A stretch of 64,000 nucleotides of DNA from Microthyrium microscopicum (taxonomy: Eukaryota). Shown one piece after another: positions 21,855-34,647 of the stretch. Under the pieces are notes generated by a model. The model saw nothing but the letters and a program-made list of their open reading frames with translations. It ran no database searches and was not told the origin of the DNA. A program made the translations under genes and the position numbers. Every line of letters begins with the position of its first letter. Position 1 is the stretch's first letter. The stretch is taken from NCBI GenBank assembly GCA_010405405.1, contig MU004230.1, forward strand, positions 2,266,627 through 2,330,626, read 5' to 3'.

Positions 21855-24057
21855 ATGTGGATTTATGCTTTGCTCCTGGCGCTATTTATCGGCATTGGCA
21901 ATCCGCAGTTCCTGCCACTTTTTCTCCCGCTTGAGAACTTGATACCGTCACCTGTCGACCCAAGGATTACCGTGCAATACCAGCAACCTCCGGGGGGAAC
22001 ATGTGAGACCACTTTCAGTGCCCAGAAGCAATATACCGGCTACATTACGCTTCCTCCCTCTACACTAGGAGCAAACCAGAACTATTCCATCAATTCTTTC
22101 TTTTGGTTCGTGGAAGCTCGTGAGAGTCCAAGCACTGCGCCGCTGGTTGTATTTATGAATGGTGGACCCGGCTCTAGCTCTTTAATCGGTCTTTTCCAGG
22201 AAAACGGACCATGCGAAGTAATTCAGCTTGCAGATGGAACCTTTGGTACCCAGCCTCGACTTTGGGGTTGGGACAGAGCCGCAAATGTTATTTGGATGGA
22301 TCAGCCTGTGCAAACTGGGCTGTCTTTTGATATACAGACGGTAATGGAGCTCGTATCTGAAGTTATTCTGTCTGACTTTCATTAGAACTTAACGCATAAC
22401 TTTATCAACGACACATATGGTTCAGCCTCCATGTCCAAACCTGCAACTCTACCTAGCTTCTTATTTGAGGAAGGTACCTTTAGCAGCCAAGCAGAATACG
22501 CTACCGCGAATACCTCCGTAAGTTTTGTAAGCAATGTTCAAGACATGTCGACCTGACAACAAATGTAGACAATTGCAGCTCAATCTGTGTGGCACTTCCT
22601 ACAGGCTTTTCTGTCAACGTTTCCTGTCTATAATCCAGGAGTTCGCCCGGGCAGTAATTCTACGAGATCAGCAGGAATACACCTTTTCACTGAAAGCTAC
22701 GGAGGAATCATGGGACCTGTGTTTGCCAATTACTTTGAACAACAAAACGCAGCACGGATGGCGGAAAGTCAAATCTTGTCCATACATCTCTCTTCGCTGG
22801 GAATTATCAACGGGCTGGTTGACCAGAAGATTCAGATGCCATTCTATCCTCGATTCGCCAACAACAATACGTATGGGATTCAGACGATCGATACTGTGAC
22901 TCTACTCAACACTTTAACCGCTTTGAATTCTCCCGGGGGTTGCGACGCGCTTATTACCCGTTGTAGAGCGGCCATGGCGACTTCTGGGACTACATTTGGA
23001 GCGAACGATACCGTAAATGCCGCTTGTCTCTCCGCGCAAAATGGATGCAACACAGTTATCAACGCATATCCGTCTCAATTGAGCGTCTACGATATTCGAC
23101 AGATGCAGCCCTCACCATTTCCCTCCAATGCATATGCTGAATACTTGAATTTGAGAACGGTTCAAAAGGCGATTGGGGCGGCCGTGAACTATACAGACTC
23201 GAGCGACGCAGTTTTCAAAGCGTTTCTGAGCACCGGAGACGTAATACGTGCTGACCCAATTTCTGATCTCGCCACATTGCTGCAAATGGGCGTTCGAGTC
23301 GCCTTGATTTACGGCGATGCTGACTACATTTGTAATTGGTTTGGCGGCGAAGCAGTCGCGAACGCACTCGCCGCCAGTGTCCCCTCATATGCATCAGTCT
23401 ACTCAAATACCGGATATGCAGAAGTAGTAGTCAACAGTTCTTATGTTGGCGGCTCTGTCAAGCAATATGGCAACTTGACATTCGTACGAGGTAATAGTTC
23501 TCCGAATCCATTCCATGTGCCTGAAGCCTTCGCTAATCCCTCAAACAGTGTACGACGCCGGGCATCAAGTACCAGCGTACCAACCCGAGACCGCTTTTAC
23601 TATCTTCGCCCGAGTACTCCAAGGCTCCAGCATCGCCACCGGCGAATCTGTCGATCTCGCCAACTATCGTTCTGCGGGCCCATCTCATTCGGGCAAGACC
23701 AACAGAGCCCCATCCTCTTCCTCACCAATCTGCTGGGTACGTCTGGCAGCCACTACCTGTTCCCAAGATCAGATTGGTAAAATGCTTTCCGGCAAAGGCA
23801 CCGTCCTGAACGGTGTATGGTACGAGAAGCCGGGCGACTATCAGCGTCCGTCCAGCACTGTCACTGCTGGAAAACCCGGCACTCCTTTACCCGTCACATC
23901 AGGTCTTGTCAATGCCAACAATAAGGCTCCTCCCCCAACAGGTGTTTATACTGCTACGGCAACTCCTACGCCGAATATGGCCAACGGCCAGACACCACAT
24001 GGTAATCTCGTTTGGGTGCTGTCCATGATCCTGGTCTGCCTGGTGTTCATGAATTAA
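21855..24057 (+). CDS. Serine carboxypeptidase S10, secreted, probable GPI or TM tail
   Basis: MNGGPGSSS, DQPVQTGLS, TESYGG (Ser), GDADYICN (Asp) and DAGHQVP (His). Introns 22341-22385, 22518-22568 and 23491-23548. Hydrophobic C-terminus. Confidence 0.9.
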
Positions 24058-24431
24058 TGGATTCAAAGGTTTGTTTGAGCGTTCAAAGTATATAAGATAC
24101 CCCGCATGATTGATAATGGTTACGAAAACGCATTTGAGATTTACCTAAGATAAACAAAAGAGTATAATGGCAAAATGACTTTCCCGATTCCCGTTCCTTA
24201 CTCAAAGGTTTTTCCCTGTCTTAAGCAGATAACCCCTGACACACGAAGCCACGATACAGCACAGTGTCATGTATTACAAGTCAATGAATTGTAGGTACAA
24301 CTACAAATAAGAAGTGGCTTCAACAAGAACTATTTACAGCTTTGAACTAAAAGAGTAACTCTTTGACTTCGAGTAAACAACCTGAGAAAAAACTTATTGA
24401 TAGACATAGGATATACCCCCTGAAATATTAT

Positions 24432-26296
24432 TTACATGCGTCCAATATATTGACAGTTACCAGTGCCGAGCTCGAATGGACCGGCACCAACGCAGCGCCA
24501 GTTGTCCTCATCAGGGCAGTCGTCTCCAAGTCTACCACAGTCGAGGAACTCTAGCAAACACTTGCCAGTTCGGCAGGTCTACGAAATACGTTAGTATATA
24601 TACTCAAGCCTTGGCATGGGGTTCTTCTTACCTGGCCTGATGGGCAGTTGTTGGATGTGCGGCAAGTTCCTGAGAAGCAAGTTCCCTGGCTACGTGCCTC
24701 CGTGCCACGAACAACCTTGTCTGCGTTCGCATCATAGCAGTACTCGCCAGCTCCGCAGGAGACACCAGCACCGCAAGCCTTGACCGCTGGGCGGGAACCT
24801 AGAAGTGGAACGGCGGGTGTGGTGGCCGCGGGCTGTTTGGGGCTGGGCTGGGTTGGGCGGGGCGCAACTGGGGGAGCTACAGATTTTGGCGACGCGGCTG
24901 GTGGAGCAACTGATTTTGGCGACGCGGCTGGTGGAGAGACGGGTTTTGGTGAAACGTGTGCTGGGGCGATGGGCTTTGGTGAAGCGACGGGTGGAGTGAC
25001 GGACTTGGGAGAGGCTACTGGAGACTTGGGCCATCCGGCTGGAGCGGTGGGACGGGGTGCGGCGGTCGCTGGGAGGGGTGGGCCTTGAGCTGGTTTTGGC
25101 AGGTTTGTTGGCTTAGCACCGGGTCCATTGACGGAGTGTGCTGTGGCGGACGAAACTGGTTTTGGTGGCACGATTGGGGCACCTGGTCCAGATACTGGCT
25201 TGGGAGCAACTGAGGGAGCCACTGGCTTTGGCGATGCTGATGAGGGTGATACTGGCTTTGGTGGTGAGACAGGAGCGGCGCCTGGTCCTGAAACAGGCTT
25301 TGGAGCAACAGGCTTTGGAGCAACTGAAGGAGTAACTGGCTTAGGAGCTACTGATGGAGAAACAGGCTTTGGAGCTGATGGTGGAGCACCTGGTCCGTTG
25401 ACGGGTTTTGGAGGAGTTGGTCCAAGGTGAGTTGGCGCAGCTGTTGGTGAGATTGCCGGGGGCTTTGCTGGTGACGATGGTGCAACAAGAGGCGTGGTCT
25501 TTGCAAGACTGGAAGATGTCGTCGATTTCTTGGCAGCGCTGGAAGTGGTCGAGCTGGATGGATGAATAAGAGCTGGAGTCGTCTTTGCAAGAGAGGTGGA
25601 CGACGTAAGATGGACAGAGGTGGTCGACTTGGCCATAGTAGAGTTTGCAGCGTGAGCGTGAGCTGGAGTCGTCTTTGCGAGAGTAGAGGTGTGCGACGTA
25701 AGATGAGCAGAAGAAGTCGACTTGGCCATAGTAGAGTTGGCGGCGTGAGCGTGAGCTGGAGTCGTCTTTGCAAGAGATGTGGTCGACGTAAGATGGGCTG
25801 AGGTGGTCGACTTGGCCATGGTAGAGTTGGCAGCGTGAGCGTGAGCTGGAGTCGTCTTGGCAAGAGATGTGGACGAAGTAAGATGAGCGGAAGTAGTCGC
25901 CTTGGCCATAGTAGAGTTCGCAGCGTGAGCATGAACTGGAGTTGATGTCTTTGCGAGGAGAGTGGTATGAGATGTCATATGGGCAGAAGTAGTTGACTTG
26001 GCCATGGTGGAGTTGGCGGAGTGAGCATGAGCTGCTGTTGTCGATTTAACGAGAGCAGTAGAAGATGTAAGATGCGCAGAAGTAGACGACTTAGCGAGTG
26101 TGGTTGTATTGGCAGCATGGGCCGCAGCCTTGGGCAAGGGAGTAACCTTCAGCGTTGGTGGAGGCGATGCCTTGCTCGTCGAGTTCCAACCAGCTGGTAC
26201 CTTTCCTGCTGGAACGGTACTTGCTGAAGGCTTGGGCGCTTGCGCCAGACCTAGGCCAGCTAGTGAAGCGATAACGAATGACTGTGAGAAACGCAT
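24432..26296 (-). CDS. Secreted repeat protein: His/Thr/Ser repeats, extensin-like PKPV repeats, C-terminal 12-Cys domain
   Basis: Signal MRFSQSFVIASLAGLGLA. Intron 24579-24631 leads to TCRTGKC...GNCQYIGRM*. Confidence 0.82.
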
Positions 26297-27832
26297 CTTG
26301 ATAGATGTTTCAAAGTTGGAATTACAGAAAAGAAGGAAGATTGTCGCTAGAATCTCCACTTGTTAACGGCTGCAGAGAATGCTATATAGCCATTGAACAG
26401 TATAAGACTCCATGGAACCTATAGGTAGAGCCGATATTGAATGTATAGCGGGAGTCGTCATCTTGGAGATACTATTACCTTTCAGACCAGGGACAATTAG
26501 GGGTCTGAGAGCAGTCGAGCGGGATATATTGTCGGGCCGTTAAGATGCCCACATTTGATTGGGAGATTCAACAGATTCTGCATCTTGAGTGAAGTGTTGC
26601 AGATTGATATTACTATCCATACATTAGTACAGAAGAGATAAAAAGTACGTGGTGAGTATTGTGACTTGAAGGTAGTATATTCACCGTCAACTAAGGTAAA
26701 AGAGCAAGTCCTCGGTTCCAGGGTGGGCAGTAAACCGTTCGGAATTTCATATACAGAATCCTGAGCAATAGACTACATTCAGATAACAATTATTGCGGCT
26801 AATGGATTTCCATCAAGAAATGATGAAGCTGCGTCAGCCTAAGCCTGTTTCAATTGACGGAGGACAGAGCTCTGCCGTGCCTGGCTAGCGAATACGCTTT
26901 GCGAAAACTTCGGGACGATCCATCGTACCAATTTGAATGATGGTATCCATATATGTTCATGGTTGCGGCTGGCGAAGGACCACCTATTGCCCTATGATGG
27001 GCAATTTAGGATGGGAGGTCACTGCTTCTTATTGTAAGTAGACATATAGCACAAGAGCCAATTATCCTTGCATCACCCCAAGACTTGGAATCTTCACGGT
27101 TCAGCGCCGTTTGGTTAGAATATTAACCCGCAATGGCGATGGAGAAATCTCCCAGCGGAACAAATTCGACAGGTTGATGGTAAACCGTTGGACCATATAC
27201 GTGGAAGTATGGTACGAAGGCCTGATAGCAGCCGCCGTCACGGTAAGACGAACGACTCGAATTTTGATATTAGCTCTATTCCTTCTTAGAGACTGAGGCT
27301 CAAATGGGAAAAAGCTTGTATGGGCCAGAATTAATGCTTGGAAGAGAGGATAGAAGGTGAAGATCAGAGCCTCACGATTGCAACCTCCCAAGAACTTGTT
27401 ATCTCGCAGATGGAACAACACCTTGCATAAGTACGGAGTATTGAAGGATCAACTGGCACGGAAAAGACATTTCGGTTTGATAGTCAAGGACGGAATCACG
27501 GAGTGAAGATGAAGGAAGGGAGACCTTAGACCTGTGGGGAGTAGTAGCTTGAGTGCCGTGGCAGGGATGTCAGGGGTGTCGTCTAGACTTTCCCTTTTCG
27601 GATTCGCGATGCATCTCACATCCCTGCAAATGGGTTTTTCCTCTGCCTTCCAGAAGTTCCAGTATCACGAGTACATACGATCAACATCAAAATCTTACTC
27701 TGTCCAACTGTTCCTTCAATCTGCCTCCTCATTCCTTCCAGAAGCTATAGAGCACGTACCTGTATCTCAAATCCTCTTCGATCCCACCAATTATCCATTG
27801 CGACCCGTGGGCCACACGAGCCCACCCCCAAT

Positions 27833-28381
27833 ATGGCACTCTCGCGATTCTGGTCCTCTACCCCCAAGCCCGAAGCCAATTCCAACCCCACGCCAGAGCC
27901 TCAAACAACATCCAGCTCGAATTCAGAACCTCCTTCATCGTCGGCATCCCTCAATTCTTCTACACAAAATAGGCCTTCGACGACTGCCAAGTCAAAGTCA
28001 ACAATGGAAGAGTCGATAGCCAAAATGCCCGATACCATGAATTGTGTACAAGCTTTCGATATAGCGATGGCATGTAGAGGGCCAGCTGGTACATTCAAAA
28101 GTGTTTATAGATACGGCCATTGGCGTGATTGCTCCCAGCAATGGTCCGATTGGTTCTTTTGCATGCGGATTCGAGTACAACCAGAGGCAAACAAGCGCCA
28201 AATGATTCAACAACGATACTGGGAGAAGGAAGAGCGCTTTCGAGCTGCGCCAAACAGTGAAGACGTCTGGGAAGAAAGGACAGAGCAAGTAAAAAGTTTC
28301 ATAGATAAAGATCCTGACAAGGACGGCCTCTTCGAGGGACTATGGGCCAAATCTCCACCGGAGAGAGATGAGAAGATCTGA
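27833..28381 (+). CDS. EMI1: Early meiotic induction protein 1-like (DUF3128)
   Basis: MNCVQAFDIAMAC...VYRYGHWRDCSQQWSDWFFCMR...SEDVWEER. Confidence 0.8.
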   Translation: MALSRFWSSTPKPEANSNPTPEPQTTSSSNSEPPSSSASLNSSTQNRPSTTAKSKSTMEESIAKMPDTMNCVQAFDIAMACRGPAGTFKSVYRYGHWRDCSQQWSDWFFCMRIRVQPEANKRQMIQQRYWEKEERFRAAPNSEDVWEERTEQVKSFIDKDPDKDGLFEGLWAKSPPERDEKI

Positions 28382-29192
28382 TGATCGTGAGCCTTGAATG
28401 CGACCTCTCGCTATTGTTGGTCTTATGCCGGACCACACCTTCTCCGAACTGTACAAATAACATATCTAAAGTGTTCTTCGTACCAGCAGGCCAACAAGAA
28501 CAACTCCAGACGAGACCAGTCACGACCTCTCGTATCAAGTACCAGAGCATACAGGATGCAACGAAGCATCCAGGGTCTACATATATCTCCTCTTCCAGCA
28601 GCTTCGCACGATACCCAATGCATATTGTATATTAACGTAAGAGTCAATGAATACTTTTGAAAGTATACCAAGTGCTCTCATCATGCTTAACCTGTGCCTA
28701 GTACTGGTGTCCAGTATCAAAAGCCTAGCCACCCAATGGGCCCACCCCTATGCAGGTCGTCAAGGCGTGCTTAATCCATACGCGACTAGGCTCAAAGCCC
28801 TTGAGCAAAATCACATCAGAAAGGTCACTGCAAAAGTGTCAATGGCCCCAACCTGCCCCTCCGAACAGCTAGGGTGGGGTCGCAGTACGAAAACATGGAG
28901 CCAACAGCTCAGATTCATTTCAGCTCCACAGCCAGCCACCACTGCTTAATCACTGCCTTCTACAGGTATATTAAGCGAATCGTTCATTGGCGTTGACAAG
29001 CTCTCACGACTTTATCTGCCTGACCGATCCCGCAATCTACTTCCAATACTGCTATCTGCATCCCGCTTTCGATCTATCTCATTCACTGGCTGATCAAAGC
29101 TTCGAGATCGTTAACTTGCCTGTCTGCCAAGACATATTACGATTAGCCCTTTCCATACTTCTCGATCCTAGTGCGCAGTAGTGATAGCAATC

Positions 29193-30441
29193 ATGAGTGG
29201 CCGTAAAGCTTTGTTGATTGGTATCAACTACGTTGGAACGAAGAATGAGCTGAGGGTACGTTTAGGAAGCTTTTCGCTTCTCAAGTTCGAAATGTGTTGT
29301 TCCCGAAGATCTCATTTGCAGTCGCCTTGTAACCTTTTCGCTAATACCCACACAGGGTTGTCACTCAGATGCTCGCAATGTTCTCAACTTTCTACAGCGC
29401 TGGGGCTACGATCCATCAGACTGCGTGCTTTTGAGCGACGAGCCAAATGTACAACCAGGATCTCGCTCCTGGCCTAGTGGCCAAAATATTCTCAGAGCAA
29501 TGGATTGGTTAGTTCGTGGCTCAGAGGGTCAATCACTTTTCTTCCATTATTCCGGTCATGGTGGTCAGGTCCAAGACTCTGGTAAGTCAATCGATGTGAT
29601 GACAGGAAGAATATGACACTGACGACTGCAGATGGCTCAGGAGGACTAACAGACACGATATGCCCAGTGGACTTCCAAGAGAATGGCCAGGTATGATTCT
29701 CAAGTCAATTACGAAGATTCTTTTCTGACCACTATCGTACAAAGATGGATTCTGACACACTCCATCGACATCTTGTCTCTCCGCTTCCTCAGGGTGCGAG
29801 TTTACATGCCATATTTGACTGCTGCCACTCTGGTACCGTGATGGAGCTTCCATACACCTATCGTACTGACGCCGATGGGAATGTCAATCTTGTCGACAAG
29901 TAAGTAACATCGCTGCCCCCTCATTAACATTTACTGACAAGTCATAGCATCAAACAAGGTATCCAACTAGCTGAAAGCGCCGCCCATCTCATGCAAGGAG
30001 GCTTTTCCATGAACAGTGTCCGGGATGCCGAGCAGCTCTTCGCCGGTGCACGCTCGTTCTGGAAAGGTCTCCAGCACATGGGCGGCGAAGGAGGAGGAGA
30101 GGAAGGTCTTGCTCATGGAGAGCATGGACAAGAGTACTATGGCGAAGTGAAGCAGGTTATCATGTACTCTGGATGTCGAGACGACCAAACTAGTGCGGAT
30201 GCAAGCATTGCTGGCGCCGCAACAGGAGTAAGTTATTTTATTAAGATTTGGGGTATGATACTGACAGATATGCAAGGCTATGAGCTGGGCGTTCTTACAG
30301 GTCATGGCGCAGTTCAACGGGCAGCAGTCTTATGTGGAGATTCTCCAGAATACGAGAGGAATGTTGCAACAAAAGTACTCGCAGGTACCGCAATTGAGCT
30401 GTGGTGAACAGATGGACTTGAACAGACCCTTCCGGATTTGA
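29193..30441 (+). CDS. Metacaspase (peptidase C14), 6 exons, no N-terminal prodomain
   Basis: RKALLIGINY, FHYSGHGGQ (His), FDCCHSGT (Cys), SGCRDDQTSAD, AMSWAF and PQLS. Introns 29256-29355, 29582-29631, 29691-29744, 29900-29947 and 30228-30276. Confidence 0.92.
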
Positions 30442-31031
30442 GAGGATATCGGTATGAAACTGAGTTAATACAGCTACGATATGGCTTCAAAAGAGTAATG
30501 TTCAATCAAATGAGCGCTGCTTTTCTACAAGGCCTGATAGTACTGTCGCTGGTGTCCTTGACGTTGAGCCGCAATATCACATCCTCGATATCTCCATGTG
30601 AATGGTCTTTGTTACTTAATACTAGGTATTCCTGACGAGGTACTAATTGCATGAGGTGAGCAACCTCAAATCTAGCCCATCAACTGCTGAACTGGTCCAT
30701 ATTTCACCTAGTGGACCGCTTTCGAGGTGGTGGATATCACCTACACTTGGCTTGAGAGGTGAAGTTTGCTGCCTTCTTAGCCCAGCTTTTTCACCAGTAA
30801 ATATCGTTGAGCAGCTTAAGGAACACTGAATCCTCTCCAGCCTTTCAAAGTCCTCCATGCTTTTTGACACCACTTTCCAAACCTTCTCCTAACCATCGGA
30901 ATCTCGCTATCTGCTTGACACCGCCTCTCCAACTTTCTCATCACGTCTTCAACAACTTCTTATCCCAGAGTGCCCAAGTCTGTGCCAAACATCAAGACTC
31001 ATCAGTTCATCTCGAGTGGAAACTTGCGAAA

Positions 31032-32862
31032 ATGGCTCCTCCCAAACACCTACCTGTTCCGCGTTCTGAAGAAGCTCGAGTGGTCCAGCAAAAAGCGATG
31101 CGCAGCGCACTCACCATCGAGAAACTCGCCAGCATGAACAACCCCTCAAATCGATCGTATCCGCTCGTCGAAGTGGAAGAGGACTCATGTAACGCTTGGC
31201 ATGTAGGACTGAATAAACCCTGTTCTTACCCACCGCACCCAAAGGCGACGCGCGATGGATATTTACCAGTCTGTCTCAGCCATTTACGGACTTTTAAGCT
31301 ACTAGCTGGTCACTGTCGTCATGTTGAAAATAATGGAACACCATGTAACAAGTTGTTCCATTGGAATCCTGCAAACGACGAGTTGTGTGCAGAGCATCAA
31401 GATTGGGTAAGTTTGACGTCCTAATATAAGTCCTCCAGCTAACAGAACTTATAGAACGGCATCCTAACTTTGATGAAGTGTCCGTCGGAAATTCGAATGA
31501 TAATTCTCGGCCATCTCCTCCCTGATCAAACAGTGACGGCTAAAAACTCAGGAGGCCTACGATCCGACGGTGAGAAATGTTATTTTGAAATCCTGCGGGT
31601 AAATCGTACGCTCAAAGAGGAAGGATATGATTTGCTCTACAACACCGCTCAGATTCCATATGAGATCATGATCAATGCGCATGGCTACTGGTTCTGTGGT
31701 CAGGCTTACGGGCTTCCGCCGTATGGTCATGTGGATATCAAGGACCGCCGACGACACCATTTGCGCGATTACGAAGAACTCGCTCCAGCCATGAAATACG
31801 TGCGAAATGTTCGGTTAATGATCCAGTTCCGAAATTTTGGATACTTCATCGAACGATGGCATAATGGTGTTCATTTCGATTACTTGCTAGAAGGACTTCG
31901 AGCATTTAGCCGAGCAATTGTTGGGCAGTGCAGCTTCAAAGATGTCCGCATAACGTTCTTTACCCAGTTCGAAGAGCATGGATACGAATTGATGGGTACA
32001 CGCGGACGTCAAGACTGGGTCCTTGAGCATATAATTCTGCCGAAATCGGTGGCAACGATCATGTTTGTACACTTGCATTCTGAGACTGGCAGTCCGTTTC
32101 CATATTCGATATTCGTTACTCCAATGTCCGCGAACGAGGTGGAATTCCGCTATCATGATAGAACTACACAGCTGCGGAAACTAGGTACTGAGGTAAGTAA
32201 CTCAATTCAGCCAATGATCTAAAACTAATTCGGGGTACTAGCCGTTTGATCTCGCTGGTACAGCTCAAGAACCACAACCAGAGACTTTACAATCGTCACA
32301 AGCTCCCTTTGCCCCAACGCCTCGTCAAGGTTGGCTCTTACATTCGAGACATTTATTCCCACTGTCGAGTCGAGAAACATGGGTGCCTACAACATCGAGT
32401 GAGCCCTCATATGAGTATTCTACCACCCTCGTGCGCCTCACTCCAGCAAACTCGCCAACCAAAAAGCTGTGGATGAAACGTAGCCTTGGGACCTCGTTGG
32501 CTTATACGCCCGCAGAGATGGCGTACTTGCGACTAGTCGAGCTGATACACAACTTGAAAGCCATCAACTGTCTTCCCTTCCAACTGTTCCGCAACTTCCA
32601 GGACTCAGACGACTTCTGGAACGTGGCTCGACGCTGCGTTCGATTTCCTCAAGACACTGAGATGCTGCTATCCCTTAAGTTGAAAATGATAGAATTAGCG
32701 CACCGAATGCAGGAAAAGCATAGTCCAACTCTCGGTCGAAAATTGAGTCAATGCTTGGCTGCTGTATCTAGTCTCGAGGATTTGGAGGATGCTCAAGCTG
32801 CTGATGATTGCGGTTACGAGCATGTCTGTGTTGACGAAGATGTGATGGATATTGACGGATAG
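31032..32862 (+). CDS. F-box-like protein preceded by two C-x9/10-C-x13/16-C-x2-H motifs
   Basis: Introns 31407-31454 and 32193-32241 join three ORFs in frame. LMKCPSEIRMIILGHLLP and ILRVNRTLKEEG are F-box-like motifs. Confidence 0.72.
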
Positions 32863-33299
32863 GATTTTGGATCTGCGCATTCTTATCGTATTTGCTGCTT
32901 CACTATTTTTATGAAGAGCAAGATTACAGCTATCAACCTGCGGCCAGATTGGAATACGAAGCGGCATGGTTATAGCTGCGATGATGTGAATAGCGGCTGG
33001 CTTGGATGCTTTTAGTAGTGTCAAAATACACATTATGTATAAATATATCCAAGTCATGATTTGAAAAACTTCGAATTTTGTTCTCCTAATGCTACGAACT
33101 ATATGAAAGAACAGCTAACGAATCCATCCCTACCATTGCCAGGCAGGTTATTGTTCCCCTTCGGACCATTGCCAACGCCTCATTATTATGCATATGCCCT
33201 TTTATTCCAGGCTTTGGGTATCAATATCCCATTTTTCGTTCAGCATTACATCCCCGCCCTGTTGGAGGGCTCGCTGTTACTTCGTCATTCGCCCAATTG

Positions 33300-34647
33300 T
33301 CATGAGGATTGCACTGCTGGTGCTTCTGTCATGAGTGCATCTTTTGATGATGTTGGTGTAAGCGGTAGCCATAGTTCTTGTGATTTGACTGTTGGCGAAT
33401 CGAGAATTGCTGGTGTTGTAGCTTTTGATGCTTCGGCTTGAGTATCGATTGATGGAGTTTCGATTGTTGGAGTTTCGATTGATGGAGCTTCGACCAATTG
33501 TGCATCGACGACTGTTGTCTCGACTGGTACCTCCACCATTGATACTTCAACTGGCAAATTCTCGACCGGCACTTCTGCCATCGGTGCTTCAACAACCATC
33601 GCCTCAACTGGCACTTCCACCACCGGCGACAAAACACCCACCACCTCAACCGGTCTCGACGCCATCTCCAGAACAGTCTCATCAACCGGCTCCTCCGCCT
33701 CAACCCCACTCAACGCCTTCTGCAACTCCTCCTGCTGCCTCAACTGCTCCTGCTCCATCAAAAACAACGCATACCGACTCCGACTATTATGAATCCCACA
33801 CTCCGTCTTCTCCTGCCCCTTCCACCTTCCCGCCCTCTCATCCTCCCCCTCCTTCACCGGCTGCGTAGAATGCCAATCCCCCACACTCTTATACCCCATA
33901 TCCAGCAACTCATTATACGGCACTTGATGTTCATCCACATATGCTTTAACTTGCCCAAAGCTCCAGTTCGCTAGCGGATTAATCTTGATAATGCCCGCAT
34001 CATCCACCTCAATGATATCAAGATCACCGCGTTTTCCTCCCTGGCTGCGCCGGCGGCCAGTGAGGATGGCTTTGACGCCGAGTTCGGCGTAGGCGCGTTG
34101 GGCGGGCTCGACTTTGGCGAGCCAGTCGTAGCGTTCATCGTCCGTTTCCCAGAGTTTGGCGCCGTATTTGGCGGCGAAGGTGGCTTCCGAGTCTGCGTCT
34201 TGCGGTTGGTAGATGTGGAGTTTGATGTGGGGGTAGCGGGCCTGGACGCGGGAGACGAGGTTGAGGGTTTCGGAAAAGTGGTGGAGGGTGTCGTAGAAGA
34301 TTAGGTCAATGGGGGATGATGTTGAGAGTTTGGAGAGCATGTCCATGGTGACGAGGCCTGTGAGTCCAAAGGCGGTGGTTTGGTAGAGGTTTGGGATGGA
34401 GATGATTGCCCATTTTAGAATGTCTAATGATACTTGTTAGTATAAGATGTCTATGGAGTATATCACGTGGATGTGTGATGTCAGACATACCTTCTGGCTC
34501 TAGATTTTGTAGTTGTTTGTTGAGGTATTTGAGATGTGGTTTTGTGAAGTAGACTTCTGTGAGACTCTCCTCACTTGAGCAAGCACTTGCATATCCTGAT
34601 TCCATATCGGTGTCTGAGACTGCGTACTGAACGGGCGAGGCTGCCAT
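33300..34647 (-). CDS. MET16: PAPS reductase
   Basis: QTTAFGLTG, DTLHHFSET, KVEPAQRAY, TGRRRSQGGKR, GYKSVGDWHST and KTECGIH. Intron 34424-34490. Confidence 0.95.
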
